Source: Selaginella moellendorffii (taxonomy: Eukaryota > Plantae > Lycopodiophyta). From it: a stretch of 64,000 bases of DNA. The notes below the pieces were generated by a model, which made no database searches, was not told where the DNA came from, and saw only the letters and a list, made by a program, of their open reading frames with translations. Within the stretch, counting starts at the first letter, position 1; every line of letters starts with the position of its first letter. This document shows, piece by piece, positions 28,216 to 41,400 of the stretch. A program made the translations under genes and the position numbers. The DNA lies in assembly GCF_000143415.4 (NCBI RefSeq), contig NW_003314279.1:1633476-1697475 (forward strand), in the 5' to 3' direction.

Positions 28216-30139
28216 TTCTTATAATTACACCACCACCTAGTACTCTTTTTATCTTTTGCCACTAAATTGCCTTATTGAAAATTCCCACTCCCACTTTTAC
28301 TCATACTCTTACTCCTCTTCCTACTCCCACTCCTACTCCCTTATTGCAGCTATGGGCATCTTGAGAGAGGGAGAGGGAATATTTTAATTCTCAAAATATT
28401 CATATAAAAACCACAAATATCAAAGGTTTTGCATTTTGTGTCTTAAGCTAAAGTATGGAGAGAGAGAGAGCTTAAGACATGAACAGAGCCATAGAGAGGA
28501 GGAGGATCAAGGTGTCATACCTTAACATGGTGAACCCAGTATAACACATATCTTCTTTCTTTTTGGAGCATTTCTTGATTGATGGAGAGGATCTATGGGA
28601 TTTGGAGTGGCAATCTTGGAGAGGGTAGGCTAGGAGTGGTAGGATTACCCCTATAGAGAGATTTTTGAGTGTTGGAGTGAGATTTCATCTTCTTGAAGCT
28701 ATGGCATGCAATGCCAGTTTTTAGTGGGGTTTTTTCCTTCGTCTTTGACCCATTTGAGGGGCTCTTTTTTTGGGTATGTAGATCTCAAGCTTTTCCTTCC
28801 ATCGAGTATAAGCACTTGTGATCTAGTGGAGAAATGGAGTTTTAATGATTTTTCTTTCAATTTTTATTCCTCTTCCTACATCCATATTTTTTCAATCTAA
28901 GCTTGAATCCTAGGAAGAGATTGTACCAATTTGTTTGATGGGCTCCTAAATCTTTCTAATAGCTATCCAAAGAGTGGTTTGTTGGAGGCCAATTCGTTGA
29001 GAGCTATGACATATATGCATTTTTCTTTTAGCGTGCGAACACAACTCACTATGGAAGCTTTGCAAAGTGAGAATTCTCTCCATTTTGTGCATCTTTGTAA
29101 AATCTTGTTTCTAAGTGGTCTTAAGACATGGATAGAGCTATCCATCATCCAAATTTGTGCATTTCCATCATTTTTTTTTAATCACACTTTAGTTTCTTTC
29201 TTCCCCACACTATAACAATTTTTGAGTGCCAATTTCTTGAGTGTCTAAATCTTATTTTCACTGTCGTTTGTTGTATTGTGTGTGCTTTGCTCTGCTCTTC
29301 CTTTTGAGTCATCACTTCAATATTTTCATGGAGTTTTGAGCCAAATTCAAGTCATTTTCTCTAGCATCGTATGATAAACGAAGTTGCATACCTCTCTAAC
29401 ACATAAAGTTCTTACCTTTCTTGCAATTTCTTACATCAGGATAGTAAATCCCTTTGTGATATCTTATTTTTGTGTTGCATCATCTAATTTGATGTCTAAT
29501 TTCATGAGATCTTATTGTTCTTCACTAACTTTCATCCTTGTTTGAGTGTGATTATTATTCTTAAGATTTTTTCTCCCATCTTGCACTTTGCTTTTGCAAA
29601 TCTTTGTGTGAGGATGATCTAGCTTTTTAGGGTGACATTAAGCCACTTTCCAAGTGATTCCAAGAGTTTTTAATAGAAAAGCACAACACTTGTTTCTTTT
29701 AGAGATACCTTAACATTTTCATGCCTCTTGGAATTTTATTTTGGAATTTGCAACATTCATGACCATTTATTTTGGTTATAAGCTTTGCTTAGGTGTTTGA
29801 GGACGATTCAACTTGCTAGATTGGGTGCATCACTTCATAGCATTTACCATATTTAGGCATTTGCAGTGATTCAAACATTTTATGCTGGTGATAACACGTT
29901 CATAATCACCTAGAGGATCAATTTGGAAGGCACTAGTCTCCATTCTTAAAGGCAAGTTTTCACATTTAAGGCAAGAGTTTGATTTCCATAGATTCATATC
30001 GAATGAGGAGGATTTACTAAATCCAACAGATGCTTTGACTAGGGATTTGCAGCAACCAGTAGAGACAGTTAATCCAATTTATATCCTATAGCAGGGTGTG
30101 GATTTACCTTCACACTAGGAGCTTCACCAATACGGATTC

Positions 30140-31610
30140 ATATAGTAAAATTTGAGGTTTTTTATGACTTAAATGGAATCACGATGGATGCAGGCAAGTG
30201 CAACCACTTTCTTCGATTGATGCATAGATAAGCTCAAGTTTGGGTAGAGTCATTCTTGGATATAGAGTGGGAATGATATATAGAGGTGAAGAGACTCTTC
30301 CTCAAGATGTTTAGATAGGAGAAGGATCTTCAACAACTTCACACCGAGTTCTTTTCTTTCCTGCAAACACAACATGAGTTTGTTATTGAGTATATTTGGC
30401 AGTTCAAGAAGCACTGGAAGCTATGCCTCACTTAGATCCCAGACCTAACAGAGATAATCGTGGTTACCACCTTTGTCTAAGGGCTAAAGCCACTCATCTA
30501 ATGCAAACTTCTCAAGTATAAGCATATTGAGTGTTGTTCAAATTTTGAGCATGCCAAGAAGGTTGAGAAGGAGCTTTGCCTCATTCTAGGTGTCTCCTAA
30601 GTTGCCCAATCTCCATCCAGCCACCTCCTCAAGCATCTGATTGCAACAGTTTCTCACCAATCTACACCCAAAGTTGTGAAAGAGAAATAGCCACTAGCAT
30701 TGGAATTTGCTATTACTGAATTTCGCTAGTACAAAAACCTCCTTGAGTGTCAATAACAAGCTCTCTTGCAACAGCAACAACAATAGACTACCATTCTTGA
30801 GGAACTTAAGGCATTGAGATTTTAGCAAATAGAAATAGCATTGAGATGACCTTATCATTGGTGTACCCATTGTGAGGCTAGTACACACTCAACAAAATAG
30901 TGCTATCACCTCCATCTAGAGCTTTAACTTCCAAAGAGCCAATGTGTCCAGGAGCATCCATTTGTTGGTAACTTTGCACTTTAACCACCTCAATAAAGAG
31001 CACGACTTAGCTGTTAACAAGTACTAGATCCAACCATCACATACAAGTTGCCTTTTAAGTTTGCATTTGTTGGCTCCCCTATAGTTGATGTTGGACCTTC
31101 TTAGCTTGACAGCACATCTTCTCCGGGCTTGGCTAATACATCTTCCATGACTCCTACCACATCTTCATCTCTTCTGACATACATCATGCAATAGCTATTA
31201 TGTAGCTCAGTCACCCTTTTACTCGGACAACTTTTACGATCAGTCCCAAGAGTTGGATAGCAGTTAGAAACTCTTGCATGGTCCAACAAACCTTTTCCTC
31301 ATGCTAGAGAGGAGATCCACATCATGGATACCACAACAACATAAGATCTAGGAGCTTTTATAGCATTAGTCACATTGGGAGATATTGTCATAGCAGAAGC
31401 ACTCTTGGATTTAGGATCAGGGAGTAATGCCATCTCTTTGGCATTGGCAAAGTCTGCTAGGTTCCAGATCAAGAACAACACAAGCATCATCCTCAAAACC
31501 TTTGCAAACCATACTGTGATCCCTATGGGTATATGTTGCAAAGTGCCTATATCAATCCTAGGGATCTCATCATTGGTGGATTTTGTGGTGGTGCATTTCC
31601 AGTATGTAAA
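30140..31610 (+). mobile_element. Old Ty3/gypsy gag-protease remnant, cut by the LARD copy B insertion
   Basis: Stop-riddled retrotransposon gag-like frame at about 30147-30570. Aspartic protease EALLDLGSGSNAIS in ORF 31375, interrupted at 31611 by an LTR. Confidence 0.7.
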
Positions 31611-32728
31611 TGTAAGCAACTACATTTTTCCATTCTACTTTAATCACTTAACCACACCTCCAACCACTTAAAGGAGTCTTATTCACAACCTCCATAAGTC
31701 CCACTCAGGACTTGGGGCTTGCTAGCCCCGAGAATGGCATCCATGCCACTCAACTTTTGCACTTAGTCCTAGTGCTCCACATGACCGGTCCCATGACCAA
31801 CACCCCAAGGCACCACCAACATACCAGCCTGTTACGCTAGGCTATGCCCAATCACCTTGGTCACATCGGTGGTCTCACACCTCTTGCATTGCAATCCCGT
31901 CTCTCCAAGACTGGGCCATCCGTCCATGAGTGGTCATCCCAGATCCACTCTTTAGCATCCTTAGGATGCCCGCAGACATGGGGAATAACCTTCCCCAATA
32001 TCTCCTTTCTGGTCCCCACCAAGTCCCTTTCTGTCCTTGGCCGTGTTCGCTAACATTGCCACTGGATCAGGGCCCACAGGCCCGACCACTAAGTCCCACG
32101 GTCCTCTGGGACTTCCTCACTACACGACTGTATCCTTGGTCACTACACCAGAGGACTACTCCTCTTCCTTTCCACAGTCTGGGCCTTTGGGACAACATTT
32201 CGGAACACCGTGGCCTTACGCAAGCCTCATGGGTACTCTCCCTGCCTTCCGCCTTTGGGTGCTCTAGCCATGGGCTTAGAACGAGGTTCCGTTAAGCCAC
32301 ACCAGGTATCCAAGTAGGTAGTGCCACCCACACTTAGACTGGGAGCATCGGCCAGTCGATCTCCCGAGGGAACTAGAGCCGGCTCTTGAACACTTCACCA
32401 AGCTACCCCGCTTGTCGGTCCGTATTCACTCTAGTCTTGGACTTCCCAGTGGTCAGTTCATCACCCAACACTGGGTCTAGCCTTCCTGGGCCAAACTGGC
32501 CTTTCTTGGCCAAACTGGCTCTACTATAGTCCTCCCCCTTACTATACTTTTGGAGCTCACCAAACCCCCTAGGGTCTGGGAGATGAACGCTTTGGGCATT
32601 CACCCTCTCAGACTCAAACTCAAACTCGGACTCAGACTCGGACTTGGACTCGGACTTGGACTCGGACTTAGACTCGGACTCGGACTCGAGCTTGCTCTCA
32701 GCCTCGGCCTCGGTTGCGGCCTCGGTCC

Positions 32729-32777
<49 letters not shown>

Positions 32778-35700
32778 AGTCCCGGTCCCGGTCTCAGTCC
32801 CGGTCTCGGTCTCGACCTCGGACTCCATCTCTGGTCCTTCTCGGACTCCATCTCGGATTCCATCTTGGGTCCATCTCAGACTCCATCTCGGACTCCGTCT
32901 CGGACTCCATCTCGGACTCCATCTTGGGTCCATCTCGGACTCCATCTTGGATTCCATCTCGGGTCCATCTCAGACTCCATCTCGGACTCCGTCACGGACT
33001 CGATCTCGGACTCCATCTTAGGTCCATCTCGGACTCCATCTCGGACTCCACCTTTGACTCCAACCCGGGTCCATCTTGGACTTCTTTCTTGGACACTTCC
33101 ACATGTCATGTGTTGGTCCTTTTGGGTCCCTTTTTGGAGCTTCGCTTATTGCTCGCTTCATGCTCGTTCTTTGAGCACTCCGTTGGGAGTTCCACTCCCG
33201 CTCTCAACCTTTCAAGTTGGAGCCTTTTAGTCCAAACGTGTTACGCTCGTTTGGCTTTTGCTTTGGCCACTACCACGTGGCACCCTTTCAGCTCCACTTT
33301 TGGGGCTTAGGGATTTGTGTCTCACAACTCAAATGAAGTTCGATGTCCTCATTGAATGGTAAACCCTTTTATAAAGTAACACCCGCAAGTATTATCATTT
33401 CCATCCTTGGCACCCAGCCAATACTTGTCTATGGTTTGACCCCGAAAGCTCACCATGCCTTGTCCATCTTCTAAGGGGCATAGTCTCTCCAACATAGAGA
33501 CTCATTCGGCCACCTGGGGTGGTTTGCTCCCTTTTATTGGTTCAGTTCTCGCTAAACCCGTTAGAGACACCTTCTCTAACTCAATTCTACTACTCATTCT
33601 CGAGTAGTCCCAACTTCTATTGACATAACCAATTCACCTTGGAACTTTTAATTTTGACTTCTCGAAGTCAATTTCTTTGGTGTCTTTGACACCTTTCACT
33701 GCACATATTGTGCAACTTCACTTCCCATCCTAGGAAGCTCCCCACTTGAGGGCGCCATCGTCCTCCTTTCTATTTTAAGACACTTTTGGCACCAAGTTCC
33801 AACCATCGTAAGTTGTGCTAGAGCTATCCACGGCCCTATCCTTTGGTTACTTCGCCGCTCCTTCCCTTGGAGCTTTCACCTTTGCCAACTTGGAGCATTT
33901 GGGAATCCATCCTTGGAAGCACACTTCCTTTCTCACAATCCGTTAGCATCTAACACACTAGTGTTCCATGCCTAACTTTGCCATTTAGATTCCTTTCAAT
34001 GAACTCTATGGCCCACACTTTGTGCACTAGTCTTTTGGTTTTATCCATTGATTGTTGCACTGAGCAACANNNNNNNNNNNNNNNNNNNNNNNNNNNNNNN
34101 NNNNNNNNNNNNNNNNNNNNNNNNNNNNNNNNNNNNNNNNNNNNNNNNNNNNNNNNNNNNNNNNNNNNNNNNNNNNNNNNNNNNNNNNNNNNNNNNNNNN
34201 NNNNNNNNNNNNNNNNNNNNNNNNNNNNNNNNNNNNNNNNNNNNNNNNNNNNNNNNNNNNNNNNNNNNNNNNNNNNNNNNNNNNNNNNNNNNNNNNNNNN
34301 NNNNNNNNNNNNNNNNNNGTCACACCATTATCAATAGTTTAAATCAACACTTTGAACTAGGAATTATATTCCTTAACCCAAACAAAGACCTTGTCTTTGT
34401 TTAGCCACAAGATCATCTGGTGATCTCCTCTTGACCCCTTAACAGATACACTAATAAGAACAAGGTCTTCCAGACCCTTTTAAATTGTTGACTATGACCC
34501 CGGGGGCATCCCCCACACTTGGGCGGTGCGCCCAAGCTAGCCCTTCCAACCAAGGATCCATAGCAACTGAGACTAAGTGTCCCCATCTCATTCACCACGT
34601 CTTTAGTGCCTTTTGCACCAAAGTGTTCAAGTTAGATATGCCGAGCTTTCACTCTAAGCAATCTAACCGTGCATCACGACTCCGAGGCATCCCTCGCTTG
34701 GCGGTGTGCCCAAACCAGTCTCCTCACTAAGAGTCCATGACCACCGAAAAATGAGTGTCCTCATATTCCAAACCATCACCACGCCCTAGTGATTTGGGAC
34801 TCGAACCCAAGCACTAGAGGGTTGGGACTCGAACCCAACCTTCGTATATGCATCTACAGATGGCATCGCATAGGATGCCTGGCGTGACTCCCCATGCCGA
34901 TGCACCAACATGTACTTAAAGCGCACTATAGATCACAGCTTAGGAACCTAGTGTAAGCCATAAATTTTTCCTTTCCACTTTGCCAGCTTACCTCGTCTAT
35001 CCGTCCAACATTGCCTTGGCTTTTGCTAAGTTCCTTTGCCAAGGTTCTCGCCTATGGTACCAGCTCCTACTTGGTTTCAGCTACTCACTGCATGAGCAAC
35101 GGAGTGTTAGCCATCCATCCACAGATTCCCAAATCACTCCCAATCCCCCTCCCCGGGTTAGACTGGACTTAAGGTTCCACTACACTCCCCGCAAGCATAA
35201 GCAGCCAAGCACACCAAGCTTCCAAGTTCTTAACATCCCTTGGTACCACAAGACTTGATCATGGGACCCTCTAAATCCCAAGTCTTGAGTGCAACACTTG
35301 TTTCGGGACGCCGGGGCGAAACACCATGGCCTAGCGGCTCGGTATGGGTACCTCTCGCCCCCCACTTCCNNNNNNNNNNNNNNNNNNNNNNNNNNNNNNN
35401 NNNNNNNNNNNNNNNNNNNNNNNNNNNNNNNNNNNNNNNNNNNNNNNNNNNNNNNNNNNNNNNNNNNNNNNNNNNNNNNNNNNNNNNNNNNNNNNNNNNN
35501 NNNNNNNNNNNNNNNNNNNNNNNNNNNNNNNNNNNNNNNNNNNNNNNNNNNNNNNNNNNNNNNNNNNNNNNNNNNNNNNNNNNNNNNNNNNNNNNNNNNN
35601 NNNNNNNNNNNNNNNNNNNNNNNNNNNNNNNNNNNNNNNNNNNNNNNNNNNNNNNNNNNNNNNNNNNNNNNNNNNNNNNNNNNNNNNNNNNNNNNNNNNN

Positions 35701-36455
35701 NNNNNNNNNNNNNNNNNNNNNNNNNNNNNNNNNNNNNNNNNNNNNNNNNNNNNNNNNNNNNNNNNNNNNNNNNNNNNNNNNNNNNNNNNNNNNNNNNNNN
35801 NNNNNNNNNNNNNNNNNNNNNNNNNNNNNNNNNNNNNNNNNNNNNNNNNNNNNNNNNNNNNNNNNNNNNNNNNNNNNNNNNNNNNNNNNNNNNNNNNNNN
35901 NNNNNNNNNNNNNNNNNNNNNNNNNNNNNNNNNNNNNNNNNNNNNNNNNNNNNNNNNNNNNNNNNNNNNNNNNNNNNNNNNNNNNNNNNNNNNNNNNNNN
36001 NNNNNNNNNNNNNNNNNNNNNNNNNNNNNNNNNNNNNNNNNNNNNNNNNNNNNNNNNNNNNNNNNNNNNAGAAGTTCGATGCCCACATCGAATGTCTCTT
36101 TTTTATCCTACGACTTGTTGACCATGTCTCCGGGGGCATCCCCCCACTTAGCGGTGTGCCTAAGTTAGCCTCCCCGGCCAAGAGCCCATGACAACGGAAT
36201 ATAGGTGTCCCTATACTCCTCACCTCACCACGCCCTAGTATGGGGTCGGGACTTGAACCCAGCCTTGCTTTACTAGGGGGTTGGGACTCGAACCCAACCT
36301 CCGTAGAATACGTCTACGGATTCGACATCCCCGCAGAGAGTCGGGCGTAATGCCCTACGCCTGGTCGACCTACCTAACCCATGCTAATTAGTTTACCTTC
36401 GGCGCACCTTTGGGTCCCAACATATGCCATTGCTCAACTTCACCAATTGATACTT

Positions 36456-38006
36456 TTAATTGAACTTTGCATAAGTACATAGAGTTCTGCCTTGCAGAAA
36501 TTCCTCCACTAGATCTCGCGTGTTCGCTAGGTTCTCCTCCGGTTCCCATATCGCTTCGTAGTGTGGAAATCCTTTCCACTTCACATAGAACTCTCTCACC
36601 TCGTGTCCTTGTCGCTTGCTCTTGCGCGCATTGAGGATGGCCTTGACTTCGTATTCCTCTTCCCCTTGGATAACCTCAGGTAAAGGCCTTACTTGGTCTT
36701 TGCGAAGTGGATCCTCAAAGTACGGCTTGAGTAAGTTCACGTGGAACACGGGGTGCATCTTCCCCATCTCTCAAGGAAGTCGGAGACGGTAAGCCACTTT
36801 ACCGATTCGTGCCTCAATCTCATAAGGCCCTGCGAACCTGCTTAAGGAACTCAAGATCAATTCATTTATGAAATACATGCATTTTTACCTTTGGGTCAAC
36901 TTCCGGCTGATCCCACTTGGTAGCCTGAGGTTCTTGGTGTTCAACCACACCTTCTCCCCAGCTTGGAACTCTACGTCCCGGCACTTCTGGTTTGTGTACT
37001 TGGTTTGCCTTTGTTGAGCCCGTTCCAAGGAATCCCTCACTAGATTCCAAATGTTAAGTCTTTCCGCTGTGAATGCCTCCACTGCGGATAACTCTCCATG
37101 ATACTCGGCCACGCCGAGTTCCACAGGACCTTCAATAGCTCGCCCATTGATGACTTCCCATGGACTCACCCTGATGCTCGAATGTGGTGAGTTGTTATAA
37201 CACATTTCCGCAAGTCCCAAATGACTTACCCAATCGGTCTGGTCTCCTGAGACATAGCATCGCAAATAATCCTCCAGCTGCCTATTCACCCTTTCCGTTT
37301 GTCTGTCTATCAAGAAGTGTTAGTGCCATCAACTTGACTTAATACCCCATACCTGTCTGTGGGTGATAGGCTTTGCTGAATTTCAACTTGGTGCAATACT
37401 ATTCTAGGAGGGTTCTCCAGAACCTACTGGTGAAGATTTTATTTTGATCTGAGATAATCTCTTCTGGCCTTCCCCGCACTCGAACCACTTGTTCGAAGAA
37501 CAGCTTCGCCACACCTTCCGCATCCACTTCCGTTGTGGTGGGTATGAAATGTGCCATCTTCGAAAATCGATCCACCACCACGAATATCGCATCGAACCCC
37601 TCGCTTGGAAGGAGTCCCATGATGAAGTCCATCGTAAGACATTTCCACGGACGATCTGGAATTGGGATGCTTTGTAATAAGCCCCCACTAGCCTTAGTCA
37701 TGGCTTTGACCTGCTGACATGTTGGACATGTCCTTACATAGTCTTGGACGTCCTTAACCATATCTAGCCAGTGGTACTTCCTCTTGAGTAAGCCCATTGT
37801 CTTGGGCACTCCGCCATGTCCCGCAAAAGGTCCGTCATGACACTCTTCTAAGGCTACCTTCCTTAGTTCCCCTTCCAGAACATACACCCTCGTTTGCTTA
37901 TAATATATGAGTCTGTTGCGTTCCGCATAGCCCGTTTTCTCTTCTGTTAGCAACTCACCTCTCTGGTGAGCTTCCCGTGCCTCTAGATTCCTCAGAAACA
38001 CTTCTT
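36456..38006 (-). pseudogene. Chromovirus integrase plus chromodomain (three exons)
   Basis: HHCC zinc finger (ECHD...GHGG...CPTC), MDFI, VVVDRFSKMAHF, IISD, HPQTD|RQTER, FAGPY, MHPVFHVNLLKP; chromodomain EYEVKAIL...FYVKWKGF...WEPEENL. Contains stops. Confidence 0.93.
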
Positions 38007-38448
38007 AAGCTCTATTTCGTTAAAGTGGGAATTGTCATTATCCCACTTGTAAAATAAGGTTTCCAAACCTTTATATAGTATATAAATATAACAAAATTCA
38101 ACTGCATTGAGGCACATGCCATTTTATTTTAAACAAGGAAATGTCTACTCAATCACTTCTCCTCCCCCTGCCACTGCTTCACCTCTCTCTTCTCCTTGTC
38201 ATCGTCGTCCAATTTCTTTCCATCCTTTTAATATTGGCTCAGTTGCTCCAAGTCTAGGTGGAGCCCAAGTCCTCATTCAATCTTTACTTTCCCCTTATTA
38301 ATAAAATAACTTCGTAGACTTCCAATAACATGCTGTAACACTTCTAGTATAATGCAAATCCTCTTAAAGAATTGTCTTTTAATATTAATACAATGGCATG
38401 GAACCCCATGCCATAATAAGTTACATTTTTAAATAAATACATGCCATC

Positions 38449-41400
38449 TCAGACTGTTATTTTTTGCCTCCAACGCCTATACAATAATCTTGGAATTTCA
38501 TCACTCTCCACACTATCAGGATTTAAACCCAATAGTAATGCCATCTCTTCTCTAATACGTCCACGCTCATGTTCAGTGGTCGAAGAACCCATCCGGTTGA
38601 GCAGATTATGGAGATGTGGATAGTGCTTGGCTAGACAATATACATGCCATAAATGATGACTGGTGTCTGTCCAATCAAATGGCTTCTGATATACCATTCC
38701 ATCTGCCATTTGGTTGATTTCTGCAGCCACCTCCTGGACTGGCTGGTTCTCTATCACCATCGCTTCAAGCCGTTTTGCAAGGTCCCCCAGAACATACGGT
38801 TTCTTCTCCCTAGTTTCCATACTGCAAGAGATGGGATGCACTGCATATGTGTGCGTGTTTGCTGCAGTTTTAATCGGCGAGTCATCGATGATGAGGATTT
38901 CACTTGACCTAGCAGTCCAGTTCATCACTACAGCCTCTGGCTTGACGAAGATGGGCTTGCTACCCCTCACATGGACCATAGTCAAGCAATCCTCCTGCGT
39001 TAGGAGAAAGTCAAATAGTAATATTACTCGCGTCTGATCGTGCATCATCTGTAGCAACGTTAATGCATTGTGGCGCATCATGGATGTCCAAACTCCCAAT
39101 TGCAAATTGAACCCGGCCCTCTGTTTTAAGTGTCGCATGGTCATTATTAGATCCCATAGTTTCTCCCGTGTGATTAATGTGAATCTGTCTCTTTTGACCA
39201 ACTTGCGGCCGCAGGCTTTGGAGGGTGCAGTGACATTCGAGGACGAGCCACGCTCATGGGAGAAAAGGACACCGTTCAGATAAAAAACGATACAGTACCT
39301 TCGCCGTGACTCTGAAATGAAATGCGTCAGCATAAAAAATAGTACAAGTCAATTTTACCATCTACAATATTAGCGAATGGTGCTCCCGATGGTCGTTGAG
39401 AGGGTTTTGGTCGAGGAAACGAGGGCGGAAATACTCTCCTCTGCAATGTGGGGTCAATCACATCCGATGACGTGTGGGCACATGCCATTTCAGCTGTAGA
39501 CTTTGGTACAACTGGCTCAACAGTGGCATGTGGTGGTTTCGATGGCGTGTGATCACATGCCATTTCAGCTGGTGCCTCCGTTGGCAAAGTGGACATGACT
39601 GAACAGGCAGCAGGGGCGGTGTAGGGAGGTTCCAACGGCGTGTAGTCAGACGATTGGGCACACGTTGGAAATGAGGATACGACCGGCTCGGCGGCTGGGG
39701 CGGCCTCATGCGGGTCCAATGGCGCCTGGTCACCGTCAATTGGATACGTGGACAAGATTGACTCAGTGGTATGGGCAGCATCAAGTGGAGCGTGGTCAGC
39801 TTGCTTGGCGTTGATATGGATAGTAGCCTCCACCAGCTCTGATGACTCTTGCAGGCAAGTAGAGTCCACTAGCGGATCCATATGCATGTCCAAATATCTC
39901 CCTTCGATTGAGATGGTATCCTCCCTACTGGCTACTAAAAACAAACTCATTAGCACATTGAATCGACTATACTGTATTTACCATCAACTGCTATTGAGGA
40001 ACTAGGACCGATATCACTTGGGTGCACTGCTGATTCTGAAGGATTGGACATACGTTTCGACCCTTGCTTGGCACTATCCTTCCTCGACACTAAAGGCTAG
40101 AGTTTGTATCTTAATTCAACTGAATAATCTCTACTTACCATTTCTTCTGCGAAATGTTAGAAATGGTAAAAGGTTAGGAATGGATGTACTATTATTTACC
40201 TGATGGTTTGTCTTGTATGACCTTCCTCCGCTGCTCTTTGGCCACCTCAGGCTGGCCATCGTTGTCATCATCGTCATCGTCGTTATTGTGATCGTCACCA
40301 TTGTGAGGACCATCCAAGTCCTCTTCGTCCTCCTCTTCTTCGTCCTCCTCTTCTTCGTCCTCCTCTTCTTTGTCCTTCTCTTCATCCTTCTGCTCTTCCT
40401 GCTCATTATCTTTCTCTGGCTCCTCATCCCCCTCCTGCATTTCTTCCATAGGCTGCTCAGGCTGGATGGCTTGTTCTTCCAGGACCATCTTGGGAAAATC
40501 ATCTGGCCGAGTCTCCATCTCAAAATACAAGACATCCATAGCCTGTTTTAGTGCTTGACCTAGGACCGTATCCTCACCCGACTGTCTTAACATGGTTTCT
40601 GCACGTTCTTGCACCCTTCGAAGATGACGAGATAAGAAAAACGTGGCCCTAACTTGAAAAGCATCCCTCATCCATTGTACCTCTCCATTGAGATTGGGGA
40701 AGGGGAGTCCGCCATAGGAATCTGAGTCAGGAGGTGGTGACTGGCTCCTTTCACTCAGCCCTTGATCTGCAATGAATGGCATGAGCACACACGCCATAAC
40801 CGCGAGGCATTACCTATCATCTTTTCGTTGCCCTTCTTCCTTTTCGAATCAAACGCCTCTGATCCCGACGACTGTCCAACGTGCTTTCGCTTTTTATGAC
40901 CACTGTCAGTTTGAGCTTGGCTGGTGCTTGCCTGTTTTGCCTTTGAAGAAGTGTCTCCTGCAAGGAATGGCATGAGACCACACGCCATTGCAAATATAAT
41001 TTGTACCTCCTTTTTTCCTATTGCTTGTCTGTTTGTCCTTCTTCGACGCGCCACCAGTGCGCTTTTCAGTCCTCATGTCTGAATATTCACAACGATCTAT
41101 AATCAAAATGGCGTGAGGCCTCACATGACCTTACCTTGTGCAGGTTGTGAGCTCGGCCTAACATCAGTAGCTGTTAACGCCGTTTCAGCATCTGGGGATG
41201 GCCACGCTCCTGCATACAGAGCTTGTGAGATAACATTTAAACTTAAAGTGCGTACTCACCAGGTTCGTAGAGAAGATACTGTTTTTCTTTGGCAACTGTA
41301 ATTATATGCTCCATTGAAGTCACCTCTTCAATGGAGTTTGTCACCGCAACACACGGGACACCCTTGAGTAGTGCGGCTCGAAAGAATAGTCCGCCGCAGT

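Noticed and set aside
33978-36223. ORFs of 100-350 aa spanning N-runs
   Set aside because: Artefacts of assembly gaps 34070-34318 and 35370-36069.
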